Shown here in pieces: positions 63,780-64,000 of a stretch of 64,000 bases of DNA. The position numbers and the translations under genes were made by a program. The DNA is from Octopus bimaculoides (taxonomy: Eukaryota). Where the stretch lies: contig NC_068983.1 of NCBI RefSeq assembly GCF_001194135.2, positions 35,491,333 to 35,555,332 of the forward strand, read 5' to 3'. How positions within the stretch are numbered: the stretch's first letter is position 1; the number at the start of each line of letters is the position of its first letter. Under the pieces are notes generated by a model that worked only from the letters and a program-made list of their open reading frames with translations, was not told where the DNA came from and ran no database searches.

Positions 63780-64000
63780 TTATTTCGATATTGTCAAGAA
63801 GGTCAAGGGTGTCTTGGCATCACTCAGCAAGATCTTTGTCAGCCGCTCTTCAGCTGTCTATTTAAGGTTGTATATGGCTATGGTGTGGGCACACTTGGAA
63901 TTTGCTTCACCAGTCTGGAACCCCTATCTTTCTCAGGACATTGACCTCCTGGAAACTGTTCAATAACGTGCAACCAAGCGAATACCCTTCATCAGGTATC
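63780..64000 (+). mobile_element. CR1-type LINE post-RT fragment
   Basis: LRLYMAMVWAHLEFASPVWNPYLSQDIDLLETVQ*RATKRIP resembles LY..LVRPHLEY...W.P....DI..LE.VQRRATK. Confidence 0.8.

Overview
AT-rich animal genomic DNA from a draft scaffold with six N-gaps. Microsatellite density and repeat families point to a coleoid cephalopod, most likely Octopus (inference, not verified). Four host genes are supported. (1) GART, the trifunctional purine-synthesis enzyme (+): 14 coding exons from 31322 to 63293 covering all of GARS and most of AIRS, continuing past the window. (2) An intronless EFCAB10-like gene (-, 25982-26425) with an RFX X-box, apparently head-to-head with GART. (3) A 3-exon STMP1-like microprotein gene (-, 11186-15969) that the ORF track does not recover as a gene. 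(4) A probable terminal exon of a THAP-domain gene (+, 6866-7158). The rest is mostly mobile DNA: RTE LINEs and their 3' tails, a Penelope RT/GIY-YIG relic, CR1-like fragments, a lone gag-like ORF1, tRNA-derived SINEs, and Tc1/mariner, hAT, piggyBac and Helentron-type non-autonomous elements. Best leads: three unrelated repeat families carrying minimal hammerhead-ribozyme motifs in palindromic or tandem layouts near a Penelope relic; a stop codon inside the GARS/AIRS splice donor that predicts a GARS-only isoform; a GART start codon apparently split by an intron; and a dead partial copy of an AIRS exon. All coordinates and alignments were read by eye and no database search was run.
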